A stretch of DNA of 64,000 bases from the NCBI GenBank assembly GCA_021802705.1, contig JAJZRL010000004.1, positions 13,862 to 77,861 on the forward strand. Direction: 5' to 3'. The position numbers and the translations under genes were made by a program. Each line of letters begins with the position of its first letter. The stretch's first letter is position 1. This stretch comes from a bacterium. Its GTDB lineage: Bacteria > Patescibacteriota > Minisyncoccia > Phycocordibacterales > Phycocordibacteraceae. Under the pieces are notes generated by a model that was not told where the DNA came from, did not search any database, and saw only the letters and a program-made list of their open reading frames with translations. This document shows positions 48,725-59,062 of the stretch, in pieces.

Positions 48725-51001
48725 ATGCAATTCAAGCGCTATCAAACTGCTGCCCTAGAGACGCTCGACACCTTCTTGGGGAGCATCAAAAAGACGCCCT
48801 TGCGTCACGCTTTTCTCGACATAACGGACGAGAAGTACAACCAGGACTGGTTCGGTGAAGTCCCGTTCGTCTGTGTCCGCATACCAACCGGCGGAGGTAA
48901 GACTCTCGTGGCGTGTAAGTCAGTGGAACGGATCATGAGTACGATCCTCCAGTACAAGCTGGATACAGGAGTCGTCATGTGGTTCGTGCCGTCGGACTCG
49001 ATCAAGACGCAGACGCTCAAGAAGTTTAAGGACTCGCGGGACTGGCACAACGAAGTGCTGAACGAGTCTTTTGATGGGAAGGTAAAGGTTTTCTCGAATG
49101 AGGAAGCACTTACTATCACTCCTGAAGATGTGCGCAATAATCTCTGCATCATTGTGGCGAGTCTCGAGGCCTTCCGTAAGGAGGCATCCATCCAGAAGAA
49201 ATACAAAGTCTACAAGGAAAACGGCGCTCTGATGGATCACTTCTTGAATCTCAAAGACACCAAAGATCTTGAGAAGGACTCGGAAGGTGAAGTGATTAAT
49301 TCGCTCGCAAACGTCATCCGCAAGAACAACCCACTCATCGTTATCGATGAAGGCCACCACACACAGACCGAGCTTTCTGTGCAGTTCCTCTCCGACCTCA
49401 AACCGTCTTTCATTATCGAGTTCACGGCTACGCCGCGTGATGGCAGTAACGTGCTCGTGCGCATCAGTGCTTCCGAACTCAAGAATGAGCAGATGGTGAA
49501 GATTCCTATCGTGCTTGAGAGCCGTTCGCAGTGGGAGCAGGTAGTGGCAGACGGCTTGGTCAAACGAGAGGAGCTCGAGAAGCGGGCCAAGAAACTCGCC
49601 AAGGAATATATACGCCCGATTGCACTCCTTCAGGCACAGCCGAAGAGCAAGGTCCGTACCACGGTTACCGTCGAAGACCTCAAACAGATGCTTCTTGCTC
49701 GCAAGATTCCGGAGAGCCAGATCAAGATAAAGACCTCTGATGTCGATGAACTTGAGGGAATAGATCTCTTTGATAAGAAGTGCGAGGTCCGCTATATCTT
49801 GACCGTCAACGCTCTCGCAGAGGGGTGGGACTGCTCATTTGCATATGTGCTTATCTCAGTTGCAAACCTTGGAGCAAAAGTAGCCGTTGAACAGATCATC
49901 GGCCGCGTTATTCGCATGCCGAATGCAAAGAGGAAAACTGACGATGCTCTCAACCGCAGCTATGTGTTTGCCTCGGCAGCCAACTTCAATGAAGCCGCTT
50001 CTAGAATTATCGGCGGCCTCGAGGACAACGGCTACAGCCGGTCCGACTTCGTGGGAGTTGCTGAAGAGAAGGAGTATTCTGATCCTCTTGAAGCGAAGAA
50101 GGCAATCAAGAAAGATTTGAAAGTCCCGATGATGGCTATCGGGAAGCAGAAGCTCTCATTTGAGGATTTGCTCGGAGAGGATTTTGAGCTTGCGAAGCAG
50201 AACCCCGACTGCGACTTCAAGATCCATTATGACCTCGATGGGCAGGCGACTATCGACATCTCAGAAGACGAAGAGTGGCTTCAGGGGAAACAGCTAGCGC
50301 TCTCGTTCCAGTACCTCGATGGGAATCATTCTGTAGATGAGTTGGTGACGTGGCTTGATAAGAAGCTCCGTTTCCCGATGCTGAGTCCGGAGGATAAAAT
50401 CGCCTTTCTCGAGAGGGCCGTGCAGTCGCAGATAAAGAAGAATAAGCGGACGCTTCCGGAGTTGTCCGTTAACCGGTATCTTCTTGCAGAACGCCTGAAC
50501 CTTCTTATCACTGAACGACTCGAAACCTATACGAAGAAAGCATATAAGGATCTTCTTGCAAAGAAGAAGTTGGTCGTCGCGCCTTTTGATTCATACCCCG
50601 CGACTATTGCCCTCAAATCTCCGGTACCGAAGGTCTTCAATAAGAACCTCTATGAGCGTATCGACTCAATTAACGGTGAAGAGCGCGGGTTTGTGGAACG
50701 CATCGATCTTGGTGCTTTGGACAATATTGAGTTCTGGGTTCGCAACCGAGAAAAGGTAGACCCGTTTTATATCCAGGGATGGAAGAAAGGAAAGTTCTAT
50801 CCAGACTTTGTCGCCGTGACGAAGAAGGGAAATATCGTTGCGCTTGAATGGAAAGGGGAGGACCGGATCAGCAACGAGGATACTTCTTACAAAGTCGAGA
50901 TTGCAAAAGAATGGGAGAAACTGGGCAAAGGTAAGACGCATTTCTTCCTTGTGCATAACGGGAAAGTCGACGAAGTCCTTGCCGGAATCAAGGCACTCTA
51001 G
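48725..51001 (+). CDS. res: Type III restriction enzyme Res subunit
   Basis: Helicase motifs PTGGGKT, DEGH, TAT, EGWD and QIIGR; nuclease motif YPDF...EWKG. Confidence 0.92.
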   Translation: MQFKRYQTAALETLDTFLGSIKKTPLRHAFLDITDEKYNQDWFGEVPFVCVRIPTGGGKTLVACKSVERIMSTILQYKLDTGVVMWFVPSDSIKTQTLKKFKDSRDWHNEVLNESFDGKVKVFSNEEALTITPEDVRNNLCIIVASLEAFRKEASIQKKYKVYKENGALMDHFLNLKDTKDLEKDSEGEVINSLANVIRKNNPLIVIDEGHHTQTELSVQFLSDLKPSFIIEFTATPRDGSNVLVRISASELKNEQMVKIPIVLESRSQWEQVVADGLVKREELEKRAKKLAKEYIRPIALLQAQPKSKVRTTVTVEDLKQMLLARKIPESQIKIKTSDVDELEGIDLFDKKCEVRYILTVNALAEGWDCSFAYVLISVANLGAKVAVEQIIGRVIRMPNAKRKTDDALNRSYVFASAANFNEAASRIIGGLEDNGYSRSDFVGVAEEKEYSDPLEAKKAIKKDLKVPMMAIGKQKLSFEDLLGEDFELAKQNPDCDFKIHYDLDGQATIDISEDEEWLQGKQLALSFQYLDGNHSVDELVTWLDKKLRFPMLSPEDKIAFLERAVQSQIKKNKRTLPELSVNRYLLAERLNLLITERLETYTKKAYKDLLAKKKLVVAPFDSYPATIALKSPVPKVFNKNLYERIDSINGEERGFVERIDLGALDNIEFWVRNREKVDPFYIQGWKKGKFYPDFVAVTKKGNIVALEWKGEDRISNEDTSYKVEIAKEWEKLGKGKTHFFLVHNGKVDEVLAGIKAL

Positions 51002-52326
51002 CCCACTGACTCGAGGGAAATTTTTCTATCTTTCATCACGATCTTGCCGCGCATGTATTCGAGCAGGTCGCGCTTTTCCTGCACGGTTCCGTTCTGGAGT
51101 AGGTACTTCGCATAGCGTCGCACATCCATTTCTTTTGCCTTGAGCCGCTCTCCTGGATGCTGTGTGGCCGCTTGTAACTTGTTGTATCGCGAAACCTCCG
51201 CCTCAATGACTCTCCGCGCCCCGATCTCATCCAGCTCGACTTGGTCCATTATCGCCGCCAGCTGTTCGATAAGATGATCCTCGCGGATATAAGGGTTCTC
51301 GCAGGGATTGCCCTTGGATTTCGTACAGGTGTAGTAGATGTAGGAACGCTCTGAGCCGTCAGATTTGATGATCTTCTTTTTCTCTACACCCGTGATGCCG
51401 GAGCCGCATTCGCCACAGATCATGATCTTGGTGAAGGTGAATGAGTGCCGTGTATGTTTCGGTTTGTGGTCTTCGGCGAGCTTCTCTTGCACGAGCTGGT
51501 ATAACTCGCGTGTGATAAGCGGTGTGTGTTTGCCGGTATACCAGTTGCCGCTACCACGTGGGTATTCGTACACGCCGCAGTAGAAGGGATTCTTCAGTGT
51601 CGTGTATACCAGACTTACCGGTAGATGTTTATTGCTCCTCGTCCTGAAATCGATTTCTTTTAGCCATGCGTATATCTTGCGTCCGCTCCATCGTTCGTAT
51701 GCCGCCTTTTCGAACATCTGCTTCACGATAGGGGAGCGGACGGAGTCGACGAGCATTTCACACTTGTGATCGCGTCGTTTGTCATTTAGGTATCCGAGCG
51801 GAGCGACTCCAGGCAAGAGTCCCATCTCGGCTCGGGTCTTCAGGCCGCGCTTCACGTTGATGCGCTTGTTGTCGTTCTCAAGCTTTGCTTGGCTCCCCAG
51901 AATCATGAGAAGGAATTTCTCATTCGGGTTATTCGAGAACTTTTGATTGTATGTCCGTATCTCGCGCAGAAGTCCTGCGTCCATGAGGTCTATAACTTTC
52001 CCGAGATCGCCCGCGTTACGCGCGATGCGATCTGGCGCCCAAGTGAGCAGGCCATCGAACTTACCGATCCGTATCTCGTCGATGATTTGGTTGTACACCG
52101 GCCGTTGGCCAGTCTCTTTTGCAGAGTGCGATTCGCGTTTAATCTCGACCACGTTTATGCCGTCGCGCCTGGCGAGCTCGGTCATTTCCTTGATCTGACT
52201 GTCGATCGATAGCGCTTGAACCTCATCTTGCTCGGTTGATTTGCGGGCGTATAGACAGTACCGGATCGGGTGTATCACCTCGACGACCGGCATGCTTCCC
52301 ATTTCTCTCGCTAAAGTGGCTTCCAT
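50998..52326 (-). CDS. Large serine recombinase (close paralog of 30579-31904)
   Basis: YARKS, DRIARN and zinc ribbon; near-colinear with copy 1. Confidence 0.95.
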   Translation of the reverse strand: MEATLAREMGSMPVVEVIHPIRYCLYARKSTEQDEVQALSIDSQIKEMTELARRDGINVVEIKRESHSAKETGQRPVYNQIIDEIRIGKFDGLLTWAPDRIARNAGDLGKVIDLMDAGLLREIRTYNQKFSNNPNEKFLLMILGSQAKLENDNKRINVKRGLKTRAEMGLLPGVAPLGYLNDKRRDHKCEMLVDSVRSPIVKQMFEKAAYERWSGRKIYAWLKEIDFRTRSNKHLPVSLVYTTLKNPFYCGVYEYPRGSGNWYTGKHTPLITRELYQLVQEKLAEDHKPKHTRHSFTFTKIMICGECGSGITGVEKKKIIKSDGSERSYIYYTCTKSKGNPCENPYIREDHLIEQLAAIMDQVELDEIGARRVIEAEVSRYNKLQAATQHPGERLKAKEMDVRRYAKYLLQNGTVQEKRDLLEYMRGKIVMKDRKISLESVG

Positions 52327-52357
52327 TTCCTTGTATTTACTGGCTAATGGCACGAGT

Positions 52358-52392
52358 ACAAGGAATGACGCAACCGTCCCGGGTAGTCCAGA
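52358..52392 (-). promoter_or_regulatory. Bipartite motif, copy 3
   Basis: acaaggaatgacgc-N14-gtccaga upstream of recombinase 2. Confidence 0.7.
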
Positions 52393-52448
52393 CTAGCGTC
52401 CGATAGGCGTAGTTGGTAAAAGACTCTTTATTTCGATACAATAGTGTT

Positions 52449-53531
52449 GTGAAATATAAAATCTTTGTAGATACAAACCAGGTATTTTTCTCGAATAAAG
52501 CCCCCTTGAACGAGGTGTTCAGCAACAGCATTCCTGAACTCCGTTCTTTTTTGCAGGAACACAATCTAGATATACCTATTTGCTTGCCAGAAATTGTCAT
52601 TCGCGAACGTATCCAACAACGACTTGAAGACGTGGCTGGGACGGTGCAGTCCGTAAATGATGCTCTCAATAAGCTTTTGCCGTTGAAACACAAAACTGCT
52701 CAAATAAAATCCCGGAAGGACTATTTGAAGACATTATCTCAAAATGCGGACTCCTTTCTACAAGAACACTCTGTGACTAAGGTTCCCGTTCCTTCAATAA
52801 CGAAAAATGAGCTTATTGATCGCGCAATTCTCAAGCGGCGTCCTTTCAATGATAATAGTGCTGGATTTAAAGACACCCTCATCTATCTTTCGATAGTCGA
52901 GGATGCTCTAGGGGAGGAAAGTGCGGATCGTTACATCTTCTGTACTAATGATAGTAAAGAGTTTACTGAGGACGTCGTTCAAGAATTTAGGGAATGTACA
53001 GCAAAGGAATTGTACATTGTTAAAAATATGGAAGAGGTACGGGAAAAACTTGATACGCTTGTGCCGCTCAGTCTCCATCTTGAAGAAAGAAATCGAGAGA
53101 TAAGGAATCTTGTTTTCAAACATCTTGGCGATTTGATGCATCTGGCCAACAAATCGATAAAGCCGGCCTCTTCGCGATGGGGAGGGCCACTTGATTATTC
53201 TTCTCGAGTTTTCCGTACAGTCCATGTGGATTCAGTTCTGTCGGGAGAAAATAATTCTGAAGATAAAATTGAAGGTCTCAATTACCAGAATCTCTCCCTG
53301 TTGAGCATCACTGAAATGGCCGGTGGTAGATTCAAGGTCAATGGAACTCTTGAGGTAGAAATTCAATATCAGGATAAGGATCGGGATGCTAATCCATATG
53401 ATGTTGTGTGGAGGACGAATTGGGGGATGGGTTCTTATAGACCTCAACATAAAACGTTCGACGTGTTGTTTGTGTGCAGTCTCACTGACAATACGGTTGA
53501 CATCGAGTATGTAAATTCGATGTTCGCCTGA
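52449..53531 (+). CDS. PIN-domain protein (DUF4935-like); start uncertain
   Basis: Motifs IFVDTN, GFKDTLIY and FCTND; AT-rich. Confidence 0.8.
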   Translation: MKYKIFVDTNQVFFSNKAPLNEVFSNSIPELRSFLQEHNLDIPICLPEIVIRERIQQRLEDVAGTVQSVNDALNKLLPLKHKTAQIKSRKDYLKTLSQNADSFLQEHSVTKVPVPSITKNELIDRAILKRRPFNDNSAGFKDTLIYLSIVEDALGEESADRYIFCTNDSKEFTEDVVQEFRECTAKELYIVKNMEEVREKLDTLVPLSLHLEERNREIRNLVFKHLGDLMHLANKSIKPASSRWGGPLDYSSRVFRTVHVDSVLSGENNSEDKIEGLNYQNLSLLSITEMAGGRFKVNGTLEVEIQYQDKDRDANPYDVVWRTNWGMGSYRPQHKTFDVLFVCSLTDNTVDIEYVNSMFA

Positions 53532-53561
53532 TTGCGCAAACAAGCGGGTTACTATTAGGTC

Positions 53562-54284
53562 ATGTGGACGAAAGAAGAGTGTCGGACTTTTTTCTCTCGA
53601 ATACTCGGTCTTGATTTGACTGATGCCGAGCTCGAGAGCACCCATACATTTTTGAGCGCTAATACGGCGACCGCTATGCCTCGTCACGGGAGTCCGAATG
53701 CTGGACTTAGCCCAAATATACTTCAGCTTTTTATCGGAGTTGCTGTACAGCGCACAGGACTACAGCTCGATCATGCGCGCTTCAAAAAGGTACGAGAGGA
53801 AATTCTCCCAGCCGCACATTTTGCCATTCTACTCCGCAAGCTCGGGTACGGAGATTTTCTCCTCGTATCGAGCGACATGCCGAATCCTGATATCTCTCTA
53901 GTAAGACTTGATCCTGCCACGGTTGGTCCATCTTCAACTGGGCTTAATGCGTTACCACTCGAGATGATGTATGCGCATCCACATGCGCTTGCGAATGCTC
54001 ACGGAGCCTCGAATGCTGAGAAAATAGCGAATGCAATTTTTGATATAAAATTCTCCATGAGGTACCTTCCGCAGACTATCCTCATTGTGACGCTGCATTC
54101 TAGTATTTCCGATGCGGACGTAGAAACGATTGCGAGAATGCTTCCTTCTGGTGCGGAGAATCCATTTCATCAAGTTTGGCTGTGCTTTGCTCGCGATAAT
54201 CATGTTTCCACTCTTGCGATGATTGCTCCCCAGCATGAGAATCATGACTTAACCGTCGAAGACTTGCGTCAGTACAGTTACTAA
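53562..54284 (+). CDS. Hypothetical protein, possibly restriction-endonuclease fold
   Basis: Long AT-rich ORF; weak PD...LE motif. Confidence 0.6.
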   Translation: MWTKEECRTFFSRILGLDLTDAELESTHTFLSANTATAMPRHGSPNAGLSPNILQLFIGVAVQRTGLQLDHARFKKVREEILPAAHFAILLRKLGYGDFLLVSSDMPNPDISLVRLDPATVGPSSTGLNALPLEMMYAHPHALANAHGASNAEKIANAIFDIKFSMRYLPQTILIVTLHSSISDADVETIARMLPSGAENPFHQVWLCFARDNHVSTLAMIAPQHENHDLTVEDLRQYSY

Positions 54285-54382
54285 AGGTGAACAGGCAAGC
54301 CCCTTCGCAAAGCCCTAATACTAAGTTAGGGTCGTGGGCAGGCTCAATTTGAGTTATTATGTTCTTGTAAACCGAATAAAGA

Positions 54383-54530
54383 GGCCTAAACCGGCTTGAG
54401 AATCCTTGATTCTCCCGGCATGGCCGCAAATCGCGACCAGCGTACTGAACCCGTCATCGGGAGCGCTGGTCGCGTTACAGGGGGAAACTCTTGTAGGGCC
54501 TTCGGGCCCACCCGGTGGCGGGTTCAGTGC
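54383..54530 (+). ncRNA. Putative structured RNA, copy 2
   Basis: Same helix topology as 38871-39004 with compensatory substitutions; GAAA and UUCG loops. Confidence 0.8.
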
Positions 54531-54568
54531 GTCTCTCCATCGGGCATTACAAATCGCGACCAGCAAAT

Positions 54569-55042
54569 ATGGATGTTCAATCTGCACCAAAGAAGTTTTA
54601 CAAGAAGTGGTGGTTCTGGCTCATTATAGTGCTCGTTCTTGGCGGCCTCGCGTCGACGCCTGATTCCCCGAGCACGACTGCAACAACGGCGACCGCCTCT
54701 GACACGCAAAGCGCTCCGACCCCGAAAGAAGCGCGAACGCTCGGACAAGACGCGTACCTGCGTCTTCCGAATAACAGCGATCCGAAACAGATCCTCTGCC
54801 TCGCGCCGACCAAGAATGTGTACGACGAGTACACCAAGGCGCTCATGGCTCAGGACTACCAAGGCATTCTTGATCTTTCCGCCCAAGGGCTCTTCTGCGT
54901 TCATAACGGCTCCGAAGTGAAAGTCATTGATACGAGCGTCCTGCTCACGAGAGTACGCGTGGTCAAAGGCGCATCGGATGCCGACAGCGACAATGTGGGG
55001 CAGGCCGGATGGTCCGCGAGCGAGTGGATAGTTGATCGGTAA
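54569..55042 (+). CDS. Membrane-anchored extracellular protein (KKFYKKWWFW anchor)
   Basis: Anchor homologous to 39046; C-terminal domain unrelated. Confidence 0.85.
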   Translation: MDVQSAPKKFYKKWWFWLIIVLVLGGLASTPDSPSTTATTATASDTQSAPTPKEARTLGQDAYLRLPNNSDPKQILCLAPTKNVYDEYTKALMAQDYQGILDLSAQGLFCVHNGSEVKVIDTSVLLTRVRVVKGASDADSDNVGQAGWSASEWIVDR

Positions 55043-55495
55043 TCACGGTGCCGCTTCGTTCCATGGGTCTGTCAGTGAGCCTAGTCTCCTGTCTCGCTTG
55101 ATGTGATTTTCTCGTGTCGTCTCTTCGTTTGCGTGTTGGTATTCACGTGGATCGACCACTCGAATCTGCACGGTCTGGACAGGCGGTGCTTCCTTGATAT
55201 ACGGAGCGGGCTTGCGCGGTCGGTAGTAGCGCTTTGAGTTCGCTTCGAGAATCAGTTTGATCGCACCGAAGTGTTCCTTGTCGGCCATCTTCACGAGTTT
55301 GCTCTCGGCATGGTCGACCAGCGTGTCCCGCCCGCGTTTCAGCGAACGATCGTACTTCTTTTTGAAGTCAGGGTCGTCCTCGAGCCAGCGATAGATGGTC
55401 GCTTTGCTGATACCGGCACGCTTGCACACCACCGATACGATCGGCAGGTTCTCGAGTTCATCGAGAAATTTCTGTTTATCATCAGGCGGCACCAT
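55043..55495 (-). CDS. Terminase small subunit-like HTH protein
   Basis: VCKRAGISKATIYRWLEDDPDF; homolog of 41165-41614. Confidence 0.8.
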   Translation of the reverse strand: MVPPDDKQKFLDELENLPIVSVVCKRAGISKATIYRWLEDDPDFKKKYDRSLKRGRDTLVDHAESKLVKMADKEHFGAIKLILEANSKRYYRPRKPAPYIKEAPPVQTVQIRVVDPREYQHANEETTRENHIKRDRRLGSLTDPWNEAAP

Positions 55496-56822
55496 GGATC
55501 TTAACGGCCTTCTTCCCAGTCTCCATTTCCCAACGCCGTTTTATGACTTCAGCGTACACGGGACTCTTCTCCATGAGATAGCAACGGCGATGCATCTTGA
55601 TGGATGCGATGAGAGTCGATCCGCTCCCGCCGAATGGCTCAACGATAAGGTCGTCACGCTTCGTGAGCACCTTCACATACGGGATGAGGATCTCGAGCGG
55701 CTTGGTGCCGAAAATGATGCCTTGTCCTGAGGACTGAAGGTCGGCCGCTTTGTACTCGATGAAGTCGGTCGGCTGGATCTTCTTTCCTTTTTCATATCCC
55801 TCCCAGTGTGGCTTACCCGAGATAGCGTAGAGCGCCGTTTCGTACTCGTTATCGAGGAGTTCGCCTTCGCTATCAAGGTTGAGATGCTCGGCATCATCCT
55901 GCGACGAGCCGACCACCGCGATGTCGTGCTTGCTGAACAGCTTGTACTTCCCGGCGTATCCCTGATTGCGGTTTGGCAGATGCCACACAATCATGTTCTT
56001 CACCTTCCAGTATTTCTCCATCTCGCCCCAGATGGTGCGGATGTTCTTCCAGTTCTCATACACGACGATGTGGAAGTCCGGTTTCGCAATTTTCGACACA
56101 TTGCCCATCCAGAGTTCAGTGAAGTTATCGGGCAGTGAATCGGTCTCGAGATAACGGCGGTCACGCTTCGCACCGAAGCCGGTCACGGCCTCGCCATTCT
56201 TTTTCTTCTTGCCGTGAAGATAGTCGAGGATGTATGGAGGATCGGTGAAGCACATATCAGCACGAGCATCGCCCATAAGGGTGAGCATGTCGGCCTCGAC
56301 GGTCGAGTCGCCACACATCATCCTCGACCCGTCGATTTCATAGATATCGCCCTTTTGCACTTTGATCTCGGTGATATCAAGCTTCTCGAGTTCCTTCTCG
56401 AGGTCGAATTTCTCAGGATTATCCTCGGCAGGGAATATGTCATCGAGGTCTTCGCTTGAGAAGCCGACCTCGGTGAGGAGGGAAGCATCGAATTCCTTGA
56501 GGAGCTCGAAGTCCCATTCACCGACCGCCTTGTTCAAGCGAAGACAGAGGTCGCGTTCTTTCTCGATATCGGGAATCGCGAGATACACAACGGGTACTTC
56601 TTCGTGGCCCATGTCCTTCAGCACTTCATACCGAAGGTTGCCGCCGATGATAATGCCTTCGCGCCCGGGCGCATTGTTCACGAGGATTGGATCGGCTACG
56701 CCATGGCGTTCGATGCTCTCGCGCACAGGAAGTTTCGTTTCGTCGTTAAGAACTCGTGGGTTGTACTCCGCGTGGCGGAGGGAAGTAATGGGCACATATA
56801 CGATATTGAGTTTGTTTTCCAT
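55482..56822 (-). CDS. ParB/Srx-domain DNA methyltransferase fusion
   Basis: Motifs YNPR, IGGNLR, TDPPY and EPFGGSGS. Confidence 0.9.
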   Translation of the reverse strand: MENKLNIVYVPITSLRHAEYNPRVLNDETKLPVRESIERHGVADPILVNNAPGREGIIIGGNLRYEVLKDMGHEEVPVVYLAIPDIEKERDLCLRLNKAVGEWDFELLKEFDASLLTEVGFSSEDLDDIFPAEDNPEKFDLEKELEKLDITEIKVQKGDIYEIDGSRMMCGDSTVEADMLTLMGDARADMCFTDPPYILDYLHGKKKKNGEAVTGFGAKRDRRYLETDSLPDNFTELWMGNVSKIAKPDFHIVVYENWKNIRTIWGEMEKYWKVKNMIVWHLPNRNQGYAGKYKLFSKHDIAVVGSSQDDAEHLNLDSEGELLDNEYETALYAISGKPHWEGYEKGKKIQPTDFIEYKAADLQSSGQGIIFGTKPLEILIPYVKVLTKRDDLIVEPFGGSGSTLIASIKMHRRCYLMEKSPVYAEVIKRRWEMETGKKAVKIHGAA

Positions 56823-56920
56823 AGATGTTGTTTTTAATTGGTAACGAAAACGCCCGAACAAGCGCTCGTGTCGATGACACAAACGTTTGTTCGGGCGTTC
56901 CGAACTTGCTCGATTGCTCG

Positions 56921-57172
56921 CTAGGCGAGAGAGACGCTAAGCGCGTCGTTCACACCTGTCGATTCCTTGATGTTGAGAAAGATCGCTCCGAAACCGCACT
57001 CTTCGCACACGACTTTTGCTTGATCGCCGTATTCGATTCGCGTCTTCACTGGCCGACCCCGATAGAACTTGATTAGCTCGAGCTCTTGTCGTCCCGACCG
57101 CCTAGCGATAGGTGTATCGCAGAAGCAGTACACCAAATCGCCCACGTCAGCGAATTGATCGGCGCGTTTCAT
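56921..57172 (-). CDS. Small zinc-ribbon-like protein
   Basis: CFC...CEECG; overlaps the stop codon of the upstream gene. Confidence 0.6.
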   Translation of the reverse strand: MKRADQFADVGDLVYCFCDTPIARRSGRQELELIKFYRGRPVKTRIEYGDQAKVVCEECGFGAIFLNIKESTGVNDALSVSLA

Positions 57173-57372
57173 TTCTGGTTGCGAAGCGCCTTGAGCACTC
57201 CGTCGAGGGAAGGGGTATCGAACTTCTCCTTGAGGGTGCCGAGCTTCGTATTGCCGTTCACATGATTGAACTCGGGGTAGTCCTTGCGAAGGTTTTTCGC
57301 GAGAGCGTCCGAGCGTTCCTCACGGTAGCGGCCGTCTTGATTGCGACTGCGGGTTCCTTTTGGTACTGGCAT
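57169..57372 (-). CDS. Small conserved element protein (67 aa)
   Basis: Homolog of 44135-44329. Confidence 0.85.
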   Translation of the reverse strand: MPVPKGTRSRNQDGRYREERSDALAKNLRKDYPEFNHVNGNTKLGTLKEKFDTPSLDGVLKALRNQK

Positions 57373-57414
57373 AGCGGGGTAGGGGTTAGGGTCGGATAAT
57401 GTCGACCTACTATC

Positions 57415-57442
57415 AGTGTATTCTCGCTATGCACAGTGTCAA
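57415..57442 (-). promoter_or_regulatory. Sigma70-type promoter of the leftward operon
   Basis: TTGACA-16-TACACT on the minus strand, divergent from the lexA-like gene. Confidence 0.6.
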
Positions 57443-57490
57443 GTATTAGGGACTTGCAGACCTTACCGATTCCATGGTATACATCATGTA

Positions 57491-58162
57491 ATGCACCCAA
57501 TTCAAGAACAACTTCTAGCGCTTTCACGTAGGAAAAACCTAGCTGAAATGAGCCTTCGTGAGATGGCCCAGGAAATCGGCGCGACTGATGCATCTCCTCA
57601 GAAAATTAAGCACCATTTGATGCAATTGCAGAAGAAGGGATTCATCATTATTGATCGCCCTCGCGGCGTCATGAAGGCCGGGGCAGAAAAGCCCGCATGG
57701 GCGAAGGGGTTCATGGAAAAGGCAAAGACACTGCTCCGTATTCCAGTCATCGGCACTGCGAACTGCGGTCCCGCCACCATTTATGCAGAAGAGAACTATC
57801 AGGGCTTTCTCCGTGTATCAAGCAGGCTCGCCGGAGTGCGATCTCCCGAAGGGATTTATGCAATCAAGGCTGATGGATCGTCCATGAATCGTGCCGATGT
57901 CGATGGTCGCAAAATTGAGGACGGTGACTATGTCATCGTAGATTCTAAAATTGCCGAGCCGAAGAACAATGACATCGTCGTTGCAATCATTGACGGGAAG
58001 GCGACGATCAAGCGTTTCATCCGCGATGACGCGAACGAACAGATCGTTCTCAAGGCCGATTCTTCAAATGACTATGAGCCGATCTATCTCCACGCTAATG
58101 ATGATTTCACGATAAGCGGAAGAGTGATCAGTGTCGTGAAGAAACCAACGCGCGTAAATTAA
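57491..58162 (+). CDS. LexA/S24-family repressor
   Basis: HTH SLREMAQEIG; NCG cleavage site; GSSM and ATIKR catalytic motifs. Confidence 0.9.
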   Translation: MHPIQEQLLALSRRKNLAEMSLREMAQEIGATDASPQKIKHHLMQLQKKGFIIIDRPRGVMKAGAEKPAWAKGFMEKAKTLLRIPVIGTANCGPATIYAEENYQGFLRVSSRLAGVRSPEGIYAIKADGSSMNRADVDGRKIEDGDYVIVDSKIAEPKNNDIVVAIIDGKATIKRFIRDDANEQIVLKADSSNDYEPIYLHANDDFTISGRVISVVKKPTRVN

Positions 58163-58163
58163 T

Positions 58164-59060
58164 ATGTCCTGGGAAGATACATTTCGCACATGGGGAGCTG
58201 CTCCGAGCGCAACGGAACAACAAAAGATGGAAAACGCTGAGACGGCAATTCGCAAGGCTATTAAATCGAATGATCGGCTAGCTGCTATGGATATCACGAT
58301 TGTCTCTCAAGGTTCTTATCGCTCGAAAACAAATGTGCGTCTCGATAGTGATGTTGATATTGCGGTTCGTCTCAACTCGACGTTCTTCGCCCGGTATCCT
58401 GAAGGCAAAAACCGTGAAGATTATGGAAATGTGGAAGGGAGTATTTCCTTCAGAGAGTTCAGGAATCTTGTTCACATCGCTCTCGGGGACTACTTTAATT
58501 TTGCGAATGTCACGCCAGGGAATAAGGCTTTCGATATCCATTCAAATTCTTATCGCGTGGACGCAGATGTAGTTCCCGCGTTTGCGTATCGTTCCTATTA
58601 CGGCAATGGTTTCGATGACTACAGTGAACCGACCGGTACCGCTTTTCTCTATGGCGGCGAAGGTCACCGTATCGTGAATTGGCCGGTGCAAACTTATGAG
58701 AACGGAAAAGATAAACATGATCGCACTGGCCAGCGACATCGCAAGATAGTGCGTATATTGAAGCGTTTGCGAAATAAGATGCAGGACGAGAAAATAGCCG
58801 CCGCGAATGACATCGCCTCTTTTCTGATCGAGAGCATGGTGTGGAATGCTCCCGACGGGCATTTTGGGAACATAGACTACAAAGACGATGTCCGCGCCGT
58901 TCTCGCGTACTGCTTCAATGAGACGCTTCTTGCGGGGAGCCATCCAAAGCTTCGAGAGGTTAATGATCGGAAACTCCTCTTCGGTTCTCATCAGTCATGG
59001 ACACGAGAGCGAGCGCACGATTTCTTCTCAGCAGCTTGGGATTACATCGGATTCAAATAG
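58164..59060 (+). CDS. CBASS cGAS/DncV-like nucleotidyltransferase (CdnE-like)
   Basis: Motifs QGSY..TNVRLDSDVDI, DADVVPA and SFLIESM. Confidence 0.9.
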   Translation: MSWEDTFRTWGAAPSATEQQKMENAETAIRKAIKSNDRLAAMDITIVSQGSYRSKTNVRLDSDVDIAVRLNSTFFARYPEGKNREDYGNVEGSISFREFRNLVHIALGDYFNFANVTPGNKAFDIHSNSYRVDADVVPAFAYRSYYGNGFDDYSEPTGTAFLYGGEGHRIVNWPVQTYENGKDKHDRTGQRHRKIVRILKRLRNKMQDEKIAAANDIASFLIESMVWNAPDGHFGNIDYKDDVRAVLAYCFNETLLAGSHPKLREVNDRKLLFGSHQSWTRERAHDFFSAAWDYIGFK

Positions 59061-59062
59061 CC

